Of a DNA stretch of 64,000 nucleotides, positions 1 through 13,759 are shown piece after piece (the stretch's first letter is position 1; each line of letters begins with the position of its first letter). The translations under genes were made by a program, and so were the position numbers. Source of the DNA: the human T2T-CHM13v2.0 reference genome, Homo sapiens. The stretch is taken from the NCBI RefSeq assembly GCF_009914755.1, contig NC_060939.1, one strand, 5' to 3'. The notes under the pieces were generated by a model. It did not search any database. It had not been told where the DNA came from and saw nothing but the letters and a program-made list of their open reading frames with translations.

Positions 1-90
1 GGTTGTTTATTTGAGATCTTTCATTTTTCTTCATGTAGGCATTTTTCACTATAAACTTTCCTCTTAAAACTACTTTTGCTGCATCACCTA

Positions 91-445
91 TGATAAGATT
101 TGGCTCTGTGTCCCCATGCAAATCTTATCTCAAATTGTAATCCCCATGTGTTGAGGGAGGGAACTGGTGGGAAGTGACTGGATCACAGAGGTGGTTTGCC
201 CCATGCTTTTCTCGTGTTAGTGACTGAGTTCTCATGACAGCTGATGGCTTTTAAGTGTGGCACTTCCTCACTCTCTCCTGCTGCCTTATGAAGATGTGCC
301 TTGTTTCCCCTTCACCTTCTGCTATGATCGTTAAGTTTCTTGAGGCCTCCCCAGCCATGTGGAACTGTGAGTCAATTAAACCTCTTTTCTTTATAAATTA
401 TCCAGTCTCAGTATCTTTATAACAGTGTGAGAATGGACTGATATA
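91..445 (+). mobile_element. MaLR LTR (MSTA/THE1-like solo LTR)
   Basis: Starts 'tgataagatttggctctgtgtcccc', ends 'gtgtgagaatggactgatata'; internal 'ccagccatgtggaactgtgagtcaattaaacctct'. Confidence 0.85.
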
Positions 446-1519
446 CCCAAAGTTTTGGTACACTGTGTTTTCATTTTCATTTGTCTCAAGATATTTTTTA
501 ATTTTCCTACTGATTTCTTCTGCTCCATTGGTTGGGAGTATGTTGTTTGATTTCCACATATTTGTAATTTTCCCAATTCCCTTCCATTAGTTATTTCTAG
601 TTTCATGATACTATGATCAGAAAGAAATATTACATAATTTGATATATAATTAAAATATAATTTCAATCTGCTTAAATACATTAAGACTTGTTTTGTGGCC
701 CAACGTATAACCTATCCTGAAGAATGTTCCATGTATACTTTAGAAGAATCTGTACTCTGCTGCTGTTGAATAGAATGTTCTGTATTTCTGTATATATCTG
801 TTAGGTCTACTTGGTATAAAGTGTAAAATCTAATGTTTCCTTACTGATTTTCTCTCTGGATATCCTGTCTGTAGTTGAAAGTTAGGTAATGAGGTCCCTC
901 ATTATTACTGTATTGCTGTCTATTTCTCCTTTCAGATCTATTAATATTTGCTGTATATTATTTACGTGGTCTGATGTTGGGTACATATATGATTATTGTG
1001 TCCTCTTAATGAATTGATCCCTTTTTCATTACATAATGACCTTTTTGATCTCTTTTAAAGTTTTGTAGTCAAACTATATTTTGTCTGATATAAATATAGC
1101 TACCCCTGCTCTCTTTTGGTTTCCATTTGCAAGAAGTATCTTAATTCCTTCACATTCGGTTTATGTATGTCTTTAAAGTTGAAGTGATTTTCTTACGGCA
1201 GCATATAGTTGAGTCTTGTTTTTAAATCTATTCAGCCAATCTGTCTTTTGACTGGATAATTTAATGCATTTACATTCAAGGTAATTATTGATAAGAACTT
1301 TCAATTGTCATTTTGTTAATTTGTTTCTGGGTGTTTTGAGGATGCCTTGATCCTTTCTTCCTCTCTTGCTGTCTTCCTTTGTGACTTGACAATTTTCTGT
1401 AGCAGTATGCTTTGATTCCTTTCTCTTCATCTTTTCTGTATCTATGTTTTTGCTTTGCCATTACCATGAGGCTTACATAAAGCATATTATAGTTATAACA
1501 GTTTAAGCTGATAAAAACT

Positions 1520-1807
1520 TGTTTGTTTGTTTTGAGACAGAGGCTTGCTCTGTTGCCCAGGCTGGAGTGCAGTGGCGTGATCATAACTCACTGCAGCTTC
1601 TAACTCCTTGAGGGATGATCCTCTCACCCAAGCCTCCTGGGTACCTAGGACTACAGGTGCACACACTAGGCTAATTTTTTTTTTTTTTTTAGAAATGAGG
1701 TCTCACTATGTTGCCCAGGCTGATGTCAAACACCTAGGCTCAAGCAATCCTCTTGCTTTGTCCTCTCAAAGTGCTGAGATTACAAGTGTGAGCCACCATG
1801 CCCAGTC
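1520..1807 (-). mobile_element. AluJ-like SINE
   Basis: Antisense Alu dimer flanked by 'aaaaactt' on both sides. Confidence 0.9.
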
Positions 1808-1869
1808 AAAAACTTAACTTTGATAACATACAAAAACTCTACACTACTTTCTGATAGTGAAGTGTAAGT

Positions 1870-4800
1870 AAATTCTTCCTAATTGGTAATTACATATTGT
1901 GTAAATGAACTAAACTCTCTAAGAGAAAGGCAGAGATTGGCAGAATAAATTAGAAACTTGTGGAACTGTATGCTGTCTACAAGAGACTCACTTTAGATTA
2001 AAAGACAAAAACAGGTTGAAAGTAAAAGGAAAGAAAAGGATATTTCATGTGAACAGAAACCAAAATAGAGCTGGAGTGTATACACTAATATCAGATGAAA
2101 TACACTTTAAGATAAAAATTGCTACTAAAAACAAAGCAGCACAATATACACTAATAAAATGGTCAAGTCATTAAGAAAATACTGCAATTATAAATATACC
2201 ACACCTACCAACAGAGTCCTAAAAATACCTGAAGCAAAAAATTGACAGAATTGAAATACAAAATAGGGAATTCAACAATAATAGTTGGAGAATTAAATAC
2301 CTCAATTTCAATAATGAATAGAACAAATAGAATAACAGCAAGGAAACAGAAGACTTGAACAAGACTATAAACCAATCAACTTGACATCTATAGAACACTC
2401 AACCCAACAGCAGCAGAATACACATTCTTCTCAAGCATACATGGAACATTTTCCTGATGAAACATATATTGGGCCAAAAAACAAGTCTCTGTAAATCTTT
2501 AAAGATTCAAATAATGCAAAACATGTTCTCTGATCACAAAAGAATAAATTAAGAAATCAATCACAAAAGGAAAACTGGAAATTCACAAATACATGCAAAT
2601 TAACAACACATTCCATTGGCCAATGGGTCAAAGAAGAATTTACAAGAGAACTTAGAAAATACTTTGAGATAAAATAAAAATAAAATACAACATACTAAAG
2701 CTTAATCTTTCATATCAGAGTTTAATCCATTTGAATAAAAGCAGTGCTCAGAGGGAAATTTATATCTGTAAATGCCTTCACTAATAAAATAAAAAACTCT
2801 CAAATCAATAATCTAACCTTCCACCATAAGAAACTTAAAAAAGAGCAAATTAAATCTAAATCAAACACATACAAAAAAGAGATTGGAGCCAAACAGAGAA
2901 CAGAAAAACAACATAGAAAATCAACAAAACCAAAGTTGGTTCTTTGAAAAGATCAACAATATTGACAAACTTTAGCTAGGCTGAGCAAAGAAAAAATAGA
3001 AGACTCCAATTACTAAAATCAGGAATGAAAGAGAGAATATCATAATTCTAAGAAAATTCTATGAAAGCTGGATACCATCAAATTAGATACCCTAGATGAA
3101 ATGGACAAATTCTTAGAAACACACGATCTACCAAAATTGACTCAAGAAGAAACAGACCTGTAGCTAATAAAGAAATGAGTCAACTTTTCTAAAAAAAAAT
3201 CTTTCAATGAGGAAAGCCTCGACCAGATGGTTTCATTGGGGTATTCTACAAAATGTTTAAAGAAAAATTAACAACATTATTTCTCAAACTCTTACAAAGA
3301 GTAGAAGAGAAGGGAATACTTCATAATTCATTCTGTGGAAGTGAAACACATCAAAAGTAAAAACTACAGATCAATAACCGTTGTGACTACAGATGCAAAC
3401 ATTCCAACAAAACATTAGCAAATGGAATCTAACAGCATATGAAAGGGGTTATTCACCATGACCAAGTAGAGTTTATCCCAGAAATGTGAGGTTGGTCCAA
3501 CATATAAAAATTTATCAACATAATAAAGCATATTAGCATAAACCCACATGATCATCTCAATAGATGCAGAAAAAGTATTTGACAAATTCCAACATCTTTT
3601 CATGATAAAAATTCTCAACAAATTAGAAACAGAAAAGAAAATTTCTTAACCTGATAAAGGGCATCCATGAAAAACCAATAGCTAACATCATACTTAACAG
3701 GGAAAGACTGAAAGCTTTGCTCCTAAGATCAGGAAGAAGACAAGGATGTCTACCTCTCACCACTTCTATTCAACATTTTACTGGAGGTTATAGCCAGGGC
3801 AAAAAAGAATGCTGTAGGCAAGAAGATGAAATAAAATGCATCCATACTGAAAAGGAAGAAGTAAAAGTATCTCTGTTCACAGATGACCTAATTTTATATA
3901 GAGAAAACCCTAAATAATAAACACACATACATATTAAAGCTAATAAATTTGGCAAGGTGACACGATATAAGTTCAATGTATAAAAATCAGTTGTATTTGT
4001 ATACACACAATGAAAAATTTTAAAATGAAATGAAAAAGACAATTCCATCAACAATACCAGTAAAAAGAATAAAATATTCAGAAAAAATCTAACTAAAGAA
4101 GTGCAAGACATATACACTGAAAACCATAAAACATTGCTGAAGTAAATTAAAGACTGAAATAAATGAAAATATATCTAATGTTAATGGACAGATCAAAGCA
4201 ATTCCTATCAAAAATCTCATCGAGAATTTTTTTTTGCAAGGATCAACAAACTAATCCTACAATTCATATGGAAATTCCTGAAACCCAGACAAGTCAAAAC
4301 AATCTTGAAAAAGAACAAAGTGAGAGGAATCACACTTTCTGATTTCCAAATTTACTACAATGCTACAGTAATCAAGACAGTGTGATACTGGTATAAGACA
4401 GTCAAATAGATCAGTGAAACAGATCTATGGCCAAGTAACTTTCAACAAGAGTGCCAAGACCATTCAATAAGGAAAGAATAATTTTCTCAAGAAATGGTTC
4501 TAAAACTAGATATCCACATACAAAGGAATGAAGTTGGACCCCACCTTATACCATATACAAAAATTAATGCAAAATGAATCAAAGGCCTAAATGTAAGGGC
4601 TATAACTAAAAATCCTAGAAAAAAAAAGCATAGATATAAATCTGTGCAACTTTGAGTTAAGGAAAAGTTTTTTGGAAAGGACACTGAAAGCATGTGTGAC
4701 CAAAGAAAAAATAGATGAATTGAACCTCATCGATATTTAAAACTTTTATGTTTCAATCAGCCCTATCCACAAAATGAAAAGACAACCCATAGAATGAGGG

Positions 4801-5745
4801 AAGACATTTACAAATCATATGTCTGATAAAGGTCTAGTAACCAGCATATATAAAGGACTCCTAGCATTCAACGACAAGAAGTCAAATAACTCAACTAGGA
4901 AAAGGGCTAAGGATTTGAACAAAAATTTCTCGTAAGAAGATATACAAATGGCCAATAAATGCATGAAAAGATCTTTAGGGAAGTTCAATATCATTGGCCA
5001 TTAGAAAAATACAGATCAAAACCACAATGACATACCAATTTCATACCCACTAGGATGGCTAGAATAAAGGGGGAAAAAAAAAACAGAAAATAAGTGTTGG
5101 CAAGAATATGAAGAAACTGGAACTCATACGTTGCTGATAGGAATGTAAAATGTTGCAGCTGCTTTGGAAAACAGTCTGGTAGTTAAACACTGAATTACCG
5201 TGTGACTCTGTAATTCTACCCTTACATATATACCTAACAGTATTGAAAAGATATGTTCACACAAAATCCAGTACACTAAATGTTCACAGCGGCAATCATA
5301 ATAGTCTAAAAGTGGAAAGAAACCAAATGTTCATCAATTGATAAATGGTTAAACAAAATGTGGTATATACATATGGAATGTCATTTTCCACAAAAAGGAA
5401 GTGCTATTGCATGCTATAACATGGATGAACCTTGTAAACATTATGCTAAGTAAAAGAAGCCAAATACAAAAGGCCACATATTGTATGATTCCAGTTACGT
5501 GAAATGTCCAGAAGAGGCAAAATCATAGAAACAGATAGTAGATTTGAGGTGCCAAGGGTTAGAGGATTGGGGAATTGGAGGTGACTGCTAACAGTTATGA
5601 GATTTCTTTTTGGGGTGATGGAAATGTTCCGGAATTACGTCATGATGATTTAACATAACACTGTGACTATACTAAAAAAACACTAACCTGTACACTTCAA
5701 AATGGTGACTTGCATGTTATGTGAATAATACCTCAATAATTAAAA
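1870..5745 (+). mobile_element. Old L1 (L1MB-like), degenerate ORF2 through 3' UTR
   Basis: Continuous L1 ORF2 similarity (EN, RT, C-terminal) with many stops; L1MB-type 3' UTR 'gtatgattccagttacgtgaaatgtccagaagaggcaaa...ggggtgatggaaatgttc'. Confidence 0.9.
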
Positions 5746-5759
5746 GAAGTAAGGATAAT

Positions 5760-6110
5760 AAAATCATCTTAATCAGCCAGCTATGCTAGAGCAAGTAAAG
5801 CTAAATATCTTTTTAGGATCTAGAGAAAATAAAATTATAAAATTATCATACTAATAGACAATTAATGAATATGCAGCAAAAAACTATTACAAAGATGGGT
5901 CATGCAATTCTTTAACTTGTAAATGTTATTTTTCTCAACTGTGTGGTATATTTCATGCATTTAAAGCATTTTTAAGTTTATAATTCATTGTGATTTGTTT
6001 TTTCATTCCAAATAAATATCCACTGTCATGACTAAATTTGTATTTACAATTTTGTATTCTTTCTGTTAAAAGAACTGAGATGGGCCCTACAAAACTTGAA
6101 TCCTCCACTG
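5760..6110 (+). mobile_element. Possible hAT DNA transposon fragment (Zaphod-like)
   Basis: AT-rich, ends 'gggccctacaaaacttgaatcctccactg', resembling recalled Zaphod/MER115 termini. Confidence 0.35.
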
Positions 6111-6720
6111 GAGATACCTTTTCACAACCATCACAGTAGCTAAAATTAAAAAGTCTAATAATACTTGGTATTGGAGAGAAAGTAGACGAATGTTAACTCT
6201 CCTTGGCCCTACTAGGAGTACAGATTGATTTAAACAATTTGAAGAGCAGTTTGACGATTATAGTGACATTAAGGTGCCCCAGGAATTCTACTTCTAGAGA
6301 CAGGCTCTACCAACATGTTTCTACCTATGCACCCCTGCAGCATGTTGTAAAGGCAGAACACCAGAAACAGGCTAAACGGTCAGCAACAACACAACACAGA
6401 AGATTGGGATATGTTCTCAGAAGGGCACTCTATAGAGGAGTTAAATGACTTTATGCAGATCAACCCACATGGAAGTGGAAAACAATACCAACTGTGAAAA
6501 GCAAGTTTCAGAATGACATCACAGTTAAAACCATTTGTGTGATGTTTTGAAACATGCACACAAGTACTACATATTGATTCCAGAAACAAAGAAATGAAGT
6601 AAAAGAGAAATTCCTCTTTGTTTACAGAGGAAATAGACAGGTTGGAAAAGGACACGAGAGACTGTAACTTGATCTGTGATATTTTGAGACACCATGAAGA
6701 AGAACTGAAGCGTGTGTTTC
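6111..6720 (+). mobile_element. Ancient L1ME-like 3' fragment
   Basis: 'gagataccttttcacaaccatcacagtagctaaaattaaaaagtctaataatac' and degenerate L1 C-terminal/3' UTR motifs. Confidence 0.6.
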
Positions 6721-7927
6721 CAAGTTTAGGCATCCATGAATTCTGCCTCGTGCTTTTATACTTAGGATTCTTAGGCTCACTCTCTGACCTTTTCTATTTG
6801 AAGCTGGATTCAGACTATTTACCTGAGTGGAGGAAATACTTGAATCTTAAAGATCAAACTCACCAACAAAGAAGTGGGGAAAGCAGTCATGAGTAATTCA
6901 TGAAATGCTAAGTAAAATAATAATGCATTCATAACATTTTTCATCTATCAAACTAGAAGCTCTGGTGTCTTCCATGATGATACCCAGGGCTGGCACTGTC
7001 ATGTTAGGTCATTAGAAAGCCTTGAAAACATATTTATCCCTTTGCAGAAGCAGGTCTGTTCTCATAAGGAGATTCTTCTGAAGTTGTGCAAAGATTTTGA
7101 TACAAGGATGTACAATGCCAAGTCACCTTGTAGATGACAAGAGAAAAAGGAGAAAAAATGTCCAACAACTGTTTGTTAAATTGGAATATCTTATACAAAC
7201 CATAAACATAGAGTGGATACTTATAAAGACAATAAAAAAGGCATGGAGAATGTTTAAGTGTTTAGAAAACATGCTCCCCCTGGGCAGAGCCCACCCCAGT
7301 GCCACAAAGCCACTGTAGCCAGACTGCCTCTCTAGGTTCCTCGTCTGTGGGCAAGGCATCTCGGAAAGAAAAACAGCAGCACCCGTCAGGGGCTTATGGA
7401 TAAAACTCCCATCTCCCTTGGACAGAGCACCTGGGGGATGGGACAGCTATGGGCGCAGCTTCAGCAGACTTAAATATTCCTGCCTGCTGGCTCTGAAGAC
7501 AGCAGTGGATCTCTCAGCACAGTGCTCGAGCTCTGCTAAGGGACAGATTGCCTCCTCTAGTGGGTCCCTGACCCCAGTGCCTCCTGATGGGGAGACACCT
7601 CCCAGCAGGGGTTGACAGACACCTCACACAGGAGAGCTCTGGCTGGCATCTGGCAGGTGCCCCTCTGAGATGAAGCTTCCAGAGGAAGGAGCAGGCAGCA
7701 ATCTTTGCTGTTCAGCAGCCTCCGCTGGTGATACCCAGGCAAACAGGGTCTGGAGTGGACCTCCAGCAAACTCCAGAAGACCTGAAGATGAGGGGCCTGA
7801 TGACCGTTAGAAGGAAAACTAACAAACAGAAAGCAATAGCATCGACATCAACAAAAAGGATGACCAAGCAAAAACACCATCCGAGGGTCACCAACAGCAA
7901 AGACCAAAGGTAGATAAATCCATGAAG

Positions 7928-8946
7928 ATGCAGAAAAACCAGAGAAAAAAGGCTGAAAATTCCAAAAACCAGAATGCCCCTTCTCCTCCAAAGGATCACA
8001 ACTCCTTGCCAACAAGAAAACAAAACTGGACAGAGAATGAGTTTGATGAACTGACGGAAGTAGGCTTCAGAAAATGGGTAATAACAAACTCCTCCTAGCT
8101 AAGGAAGCATGTTCTCATCCAATGCAAGGACGCTAAGAGCCTTGAAAAAGGTTAGAGGAATTGCTAACCAGAATAGCCAGCTTAGAGAAGAACATAAATG
8201 ACCTGATGGAGCTGAAAAACACAACACGAGAACTTCGTGAAGCATACACAAGTATCAGTAGCCCAATCTATCAAGCAAAAGAAAGGATACCAGAGATTGA
8301 AGATTAACTTAATGAAATAAAGTGTGAAGACAAGATTAGAGAAAAAAGAATGAAAAGGAGCAAAGCCTCCAAGAAATATGGGACTATGTGAAAAGACCAA
8401 ACCTACGATTGATTGGTGTACCTAAAAGTGATGGGGAGAATGGAACCAAGTTGGAAAACACACTTCAGGATATCATCCAGGAGAATTTCACCAACCTAGC
8501 AAGACAAGCCAACATTCAAATTCAGGAACTAGAGAGAACATCACAAAGATACTCCTCGAGAAGAGCAACCCCAAGACACATAATCATCAGATTCACCAAG
8601 ATTGAAATGAAGGAAAAAATGTTAAGGGCAGCCAGAGAGAAAGGTCGAGTTACCCACAAAGGGAAGCCCATCAGACTAACAGCGGATCTCTCTGCAGAAA
8701 CCCTACAAGCCAGAAGAGAGTAGGGGCCAATATTCAATGTTCTTAAAGAACAGAATTTTCAACCCAGAATTTCATATCCAGCCAAACTAAGCTTCATAAG
8801 TGAAGTTCAATAGAATCCTTTACAGACAAGCAAATGCTGAGGGATTTTGTCACCACCAGGCCTGCCTTACAAGACCTCCTGAAGGAAGCACTAAATATGG
8901 AAAGGAAAAACCAGTACAGCCACTGCAAAAACAAACCAAAATGTAA
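7928..8946 (+). pseudogene. L1 ORF1p remnant (disrupted)
   Basis: ORF 8388..8723 'KRPNLRLIGVP...RATPRHIIIRF...KGKPIRLTADLSAETLQARRE' is L1 ORF1p; premature stops and frameshifts. Confidence 0.9.
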
Positions 8947-9008
8947 AGACTATCAACACTATGAAGAAACTGCATCAACAATGGGCAAAATAACCAGCTA
9001 GGATCTTA

Positions 9009-12000
9009 ATGACAGGATCAAATTCCCACATAATAATATTAACCTTAAATGTAAATGGGCTGAATGCCCCCAATTAAAAGGCAAACACTGGCAAACTGGA
9101 TAAAGAGTCAAGACCCATCCATGTGCTGTATTTAGGAGACCCATCTCACATGCAAAGACACACTAGGCTCAAAATAAAGGGACGGAGGAAGATTTACCAA
9201 GCAAATGGAAAGCAAAAAAAAAGCAGGGGTTGCAATCCTAGTCTCTGATAAAACAGACTTTAAACCAACAAAAATCAAAAAAGACAAACAAGAGGATTAC
9301 ATAATGGTAAAAGAATCAATGCAACAAGAAGAGCTAACTATCCTAAATATAGATGCACACAATACAGGAGCACCCAGATTCATAAAGCAAGTTCTTAGAG
9401 ACCTAGAAAGAGGCTTAGATTCCCATGCAGTAATAGTGGGAGAATTTAACACCCCACTGTTGATATTAGACAGATCAATGAGACAGAAAATTAACAAGGA
9501 TATTCAGGACTTGAACTCAGCTCTGCACCAAGCAGACCTAATAGACATCTACAGAACTCTCCACCCCAAATCAACAGAGTATACATTCTTCCCAGGACTA
9601 CATAGCACTTATTCTAAAATTGACCACATAATTGGAAGTAAAACACTCCTCAGCAAATGCCAAAGAACAGAAATCATAACGGTCTCTCAGACCACAGTGC
9701 AATCCAATTAGAACTCAGGATTAAGAAACTCACTCAAAACTGCACAACTACATGGAAACTGAACAACCTGCTACTGAATGACCACTGGGTAAATAACGAA
9801 ATTAAGGCAGAAATAAATAAATTATTTGAAACCAATGAGAACAAAGACACAACGTACCAGAATCTCTGGGACAGCTAAAGTAGTGTTTAGAGGGAAATTT
9901 ATAGCACTAAAATGCCCACAGGAGAAAGTGGGAAAGATCTAAAATCAACACCCTAACATCACAATGAAAAGAACTAGAGAAGCAAGAGCAAATAAATTCA
10001 AAAGCTAGCAGAAGACAAGAAATAACTACGACCAAAGCAGAACTGAAGGAGATAGAGACATGAAAAACCCTTCAAAAAATCAGTGAATCCAGGAGCAGAT
10101 TTTTTGAAAAGATTAATAAAATAGGCCGCTAGCCAGACTAATAAAGAGGAAAAGAGAGAAAACTCAAATAGACACAATAAAAAATGATAAAGGGGAGATT
10201 ACCACTGACCCCACAGAAACAAAAACTACAATCACAGAATACTATAAACACCTCTACGCAAATAAGCTAGAAAATCTAGAGGAAATGGATAAATTCCTGG
10301 ACACATACACCCTCCCAAGACTAAACCAGGAAGAAGTCAAATCCCTGAATAGACCAATAACAAGTTCTGAAATTGAAGCAGTAATTAATAGCCTACCAAC
10401 CAAAAAAAGCCCAGGACCAGATGGATTTACAGCCGAATTCTACCAGAGGCACAAAGAGGAGCTGGTACTGTTCCTTCTGAAACTATTCCAAACAACAGAA
10501 AAAGAGGGACTCCTCCCTAACTCATTTTATGAGGCCAGCATCATCCTGATACCAAAACCTGGCAGAGACACAACAAGAAAAGAAAATTTCAGGCCAACAT
10601 CCCTGATGAACACCAATGCGAAAATCCTCAGTAAAATACTGGCAAACCAAACCAGCAGCACATTAAAAAGCTTATCCACCACAATCAAGTCGGCTTCATC
10701 CCTGGGATGCAAGGCTGGTTCAATATACACAAATCAATAAATGTAATGTATCACAAATAAACAGAAGCAATGACAAAAACGACATGATTATCTCAATAGA
10801 TGCAGAAAAAGGTCTTCGATAAAATTCAACACCCCTTCATGCTAAAAACTGTCAATAAACTAGGTATTGATGGAACATATCTCAAGATAATAAGAGCTAT
10901 TTATGACAAACCCACAGCCAATATCATACTGACTGGGCAAAAGCCGGAAGCATTCCCTTTGAAACCAGCACAAGATAAGGATGCCCTCTCTCACCACTCC
11001 TATTCAACAGAGTACTGGAAGTCCTGGCCAGGGCAATGAGGCAAGAGAAAGAAATAAAGGGTATTCAAGTAGGAAAAGAGGAAGTCAAATTATCTCTCTT
11101 TGCAGGTGACATGATTGTATATTTAGAAAACCTCATCATCTCAGCCCAAAAACTCCTTAAGCTGATAAGTAACTTCAGCAAAGTCTCAGGATACAAAATC
11201 AATATGCAAAAATTACATGCATTCCTATACACCAATAATAGACAAACAGAGAGCCAAATCATGAGCAAACTCCCATTCACAATTGCTACAAAGAGAATAA
11301 AATACCTAGGAATACAACTTACAAGGGATGTGAAGGACCTCTTCAAGGAGAACTACAAACCACTGCTCAAGGAAATAAGAGAGGACACAAACAAATAGAA
11401 AAACATTCCACATTCATGGACAGGGAGAATCAATATCATGAAAATGGCCATTTTGCCCAAAGTAATTTATAGATTCAATGCTATTCCCATCAAGCTACCA
11501 TTGACTTTCTTCACAAAATTAGAAAAAAATTACTTTAAATTTCATATGGAACCAAAAAAGAGCCTGTATAGCCAAGACTATCCCAGGCAAAAAGAACAAA
11601 GCTGGAGGGCATCACGCTACCTGACTTCAAACTATACTACAAGACTACAGTAACCAAAACAGCATGGTACTGGTACCAAAACAGACATACAGGCCAATGG
11701 AACAGAACAGAGGCCTCAGAAATGACACCACACAACTACAACCAAATGATCTTTGACAAACCTGACAAAAATAAGCAATGGGGAAAGGATTCCATATTTA
11801 GTAAATGGTGTTGGGAAAACTGGCTAGCATATGCAGAAAACTGAAACTGGACCCCTTCCTTACATCTTATACAAAAATCAACTCAAGACGGATTAAAGAT
11901 TTTAACGTAAGACCTAAAACCATAAAAACCCTAGAATAAAACCTAGGCAATACCATTCAGAACACAGGCATGAGCAAAGACTTCATGACTAAAACACCAA

Positions 12001-13115
12001 AAGCAATGGCAACAAAAGCCAAAATTGACAAATGGAATCTAATTAAACTAAAGAGCTTCTGCACAGCAAAAGAAACTATGATCAGAGTGAACAGGCAACC
12101 TACAAAATGGAGGAAAATTTTTGCAATCTATTCATCTGACAAAGGGGTAATATCCAGAATCTACAAGGAACTTAAATTTACAACAAAAAACAAACAACTC
12201 CATCAAAAAGTGGGTGAAGGATATGAACAGATACTTTTCAAAAGAAGACATTTATGTAGCCAGCAAACACATGAAAACAAACTCATTATCACTGGTCATT
12301 AGAGAAATGCAAATAAGAACCACGATGAGATGCCATCTCATGCCAGTTAGAATGGCGATCATTAAAAAGTCAGGAAACAAAAGATGCTGGAGAGGATGTG
12401 GAGCAACAGGAACGCTTTTACACCATTGGTGGGAGTATAAATTAGTTCCTCCATTGTGGAAGACAGTGTGGCGACTGCTCAAGGATCTAGAACTAGAAAT
12501 ACTATTTGAACTAGCAATCCCATTACTGGGTATATACCCAAAGGATTATAAACCATTCTACTATAAAGACACATGCACATGTATGTTTATTGCAGCACTA
12601 TTCACAATAGCAAAGACTTGGAACCAACCCAAATGCCCATCAATGTTAGACTGGATAAAAATGTGGCACATATACACCTGTAATCCAGTACTTTGGGAGG
12701 CCGAGGCGGGCGGATCACGAGGTCAGGAGATTGAGACCATCCTGGCTAACACGATGAAACCCCATCTCTACTAAAAATACCAAAAAAATTAGCCGGGCAT
12801 GGTGGCTGGCACCTGTAGTCCCAGCTACTCAGGAGGCTGAGGCAGGAGAATGGCGTGAACCCGGGAAGTGGAGCTTGCAGTGAGCTGAGATCATGCCGCC
12901 ACTACACTCCAGCCTCGGCGACAGAGTGAGACTCCATCTCAAAAAAAAAAAAAATGTGGCACATATACACCATGGAATACTATGCAGCCATAAAAAAGAA
13001 TGAGTTCATGTCCTTTGCAGGGACATGGATGAAGCTGGAAACCATCGTTATCAACAAACTAACATGGGAAGAGAAAACCAAACACCACATATTCTCACTC
13101 ATAAGTGGGAGGTGA
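9009..13115 (+). pseudogene. L1 ORF2p (endonuclease/reverse transcriptase) remnant, fragmented
   Basis: Start 'atgacaggatcaaattcccac'; fragments 'KKAGVAILVSDK', '[14 protein letters not shown]', '[11 protein letters not shown]' (FADD motif mutated), 'CWRGCG'; multiple frameshifts and an Alu insertion. Confidence 0.92.
12679..12954 (+). mobile_element. AluY-like, 5'-truncated, inserted in L1 ORF2
   Basis: AluY diagnostic 'accatcctggctaacacg'; TSD 'aaaatgtggcacatatacac(c)' on both sides. Confidence 0.93.
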
Positions 13116-13448
13116 ACAATGAGAACATATGGGCACAGGGAGGGGAATATCACACACTGGGGCCTGTCAGTGCGGTGGGGGGCAAGGGGAGGGATAGCAT
13201 TAGGAGAAACAACTAATGTAGATGACGGGTTGATGGGTGCAGCAAACCACCATGGCACATATATACCTATGTAACAAACCTGCAGGTCTGCACATGTATC
13301 CCAGAACTTAGAGTATAATTTTAAAATAAAAGAAAGAAAGAAAAAGAAGACATGCTCCCATGTGTTAAGCGGGTTTCCTGCAGAGGAGGGCTCATTTTGA
13401 CATAAGATTCCCAAAGCAGCCTCCTTATATCCAGAGTGTCAGAGATTT

Positions 13449-13759
13449 TACTTTTCTTCTTCTTTTTTCTTTTTTTCTTTTTTTTTTTTTGAGATAGAGT
13501 CTTGCTCTGTTGCCCAGTGGCGTGATCTTAGCTCACTGCAACCTCCACCTCCTGAGTTCAAGTGATTCTTCCTCCTCAGCCTCCCAAGTAACTGGGATTA
13601 CAGGCGTGTGCCACCATGCCCAGCTGATTTTTTTTTTTATTTTTTGTAGTTTTAGTAGAGTTGGAGAGGCTGGTCTCCCAACTCCTGGCCTCAAGTGATC
13701 TGCCTGCCTTGGCCTCCCAAAGTGCTGGGATTACAGGCGTGAGCCACCACACCCGACTG
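13449..13759 (-). mobile_element. AluS-like SINE
   Basis: 16-bp TSD agagtgtcagagattt at 13433-13448 and 13760-13775. Confidence 0.92.

Larger units (their letters stand above)
1..1850 (-). mobile_element. Old L1 (L1M-type) fragment, ORF2 endonuclease/ORF1-ORF2 spacer region, interrupted by an MST LTR and an AluJ
   Basis: Antisense L1 ORF2 motifs (e.g. 'ctctgctgctgttgaatagaatgttctgta', 'atatagctacccctgctctcttttggtttccatttgc'); ORF 391..681 reads as degenerate L1 ORF2. Confidence 0.8.
7279..13344 (+). mobile_element. Near-full-length L1PA (L1PA7/PA8-like), 5' UTR partly truncated, inactive
   Basis: 5' UTR, ORF1, ORF2, 3' UTR and A-rich tail; 15-bp TSD agaaaacatgctccc (7264-7278) / agaagacatgctccc (13345-13359) at a ttt|agaaa endonuclease-type site. 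Confidence 0.95.

Noticed and set aside
1-5745. Head-to-head L1 pieces as a single twin-primed (5'-inverted) insertion
   Set aside because: Both pieces cover the same ORF2 endonuclease region and are clearly divergent, which indicates two independent old insertions.
7928-13115. Retrotransposition-competent L1
   Set aside because: Both ORFs have multiple stops and frameshifts, a mutated RT motif and an Alu insertion.
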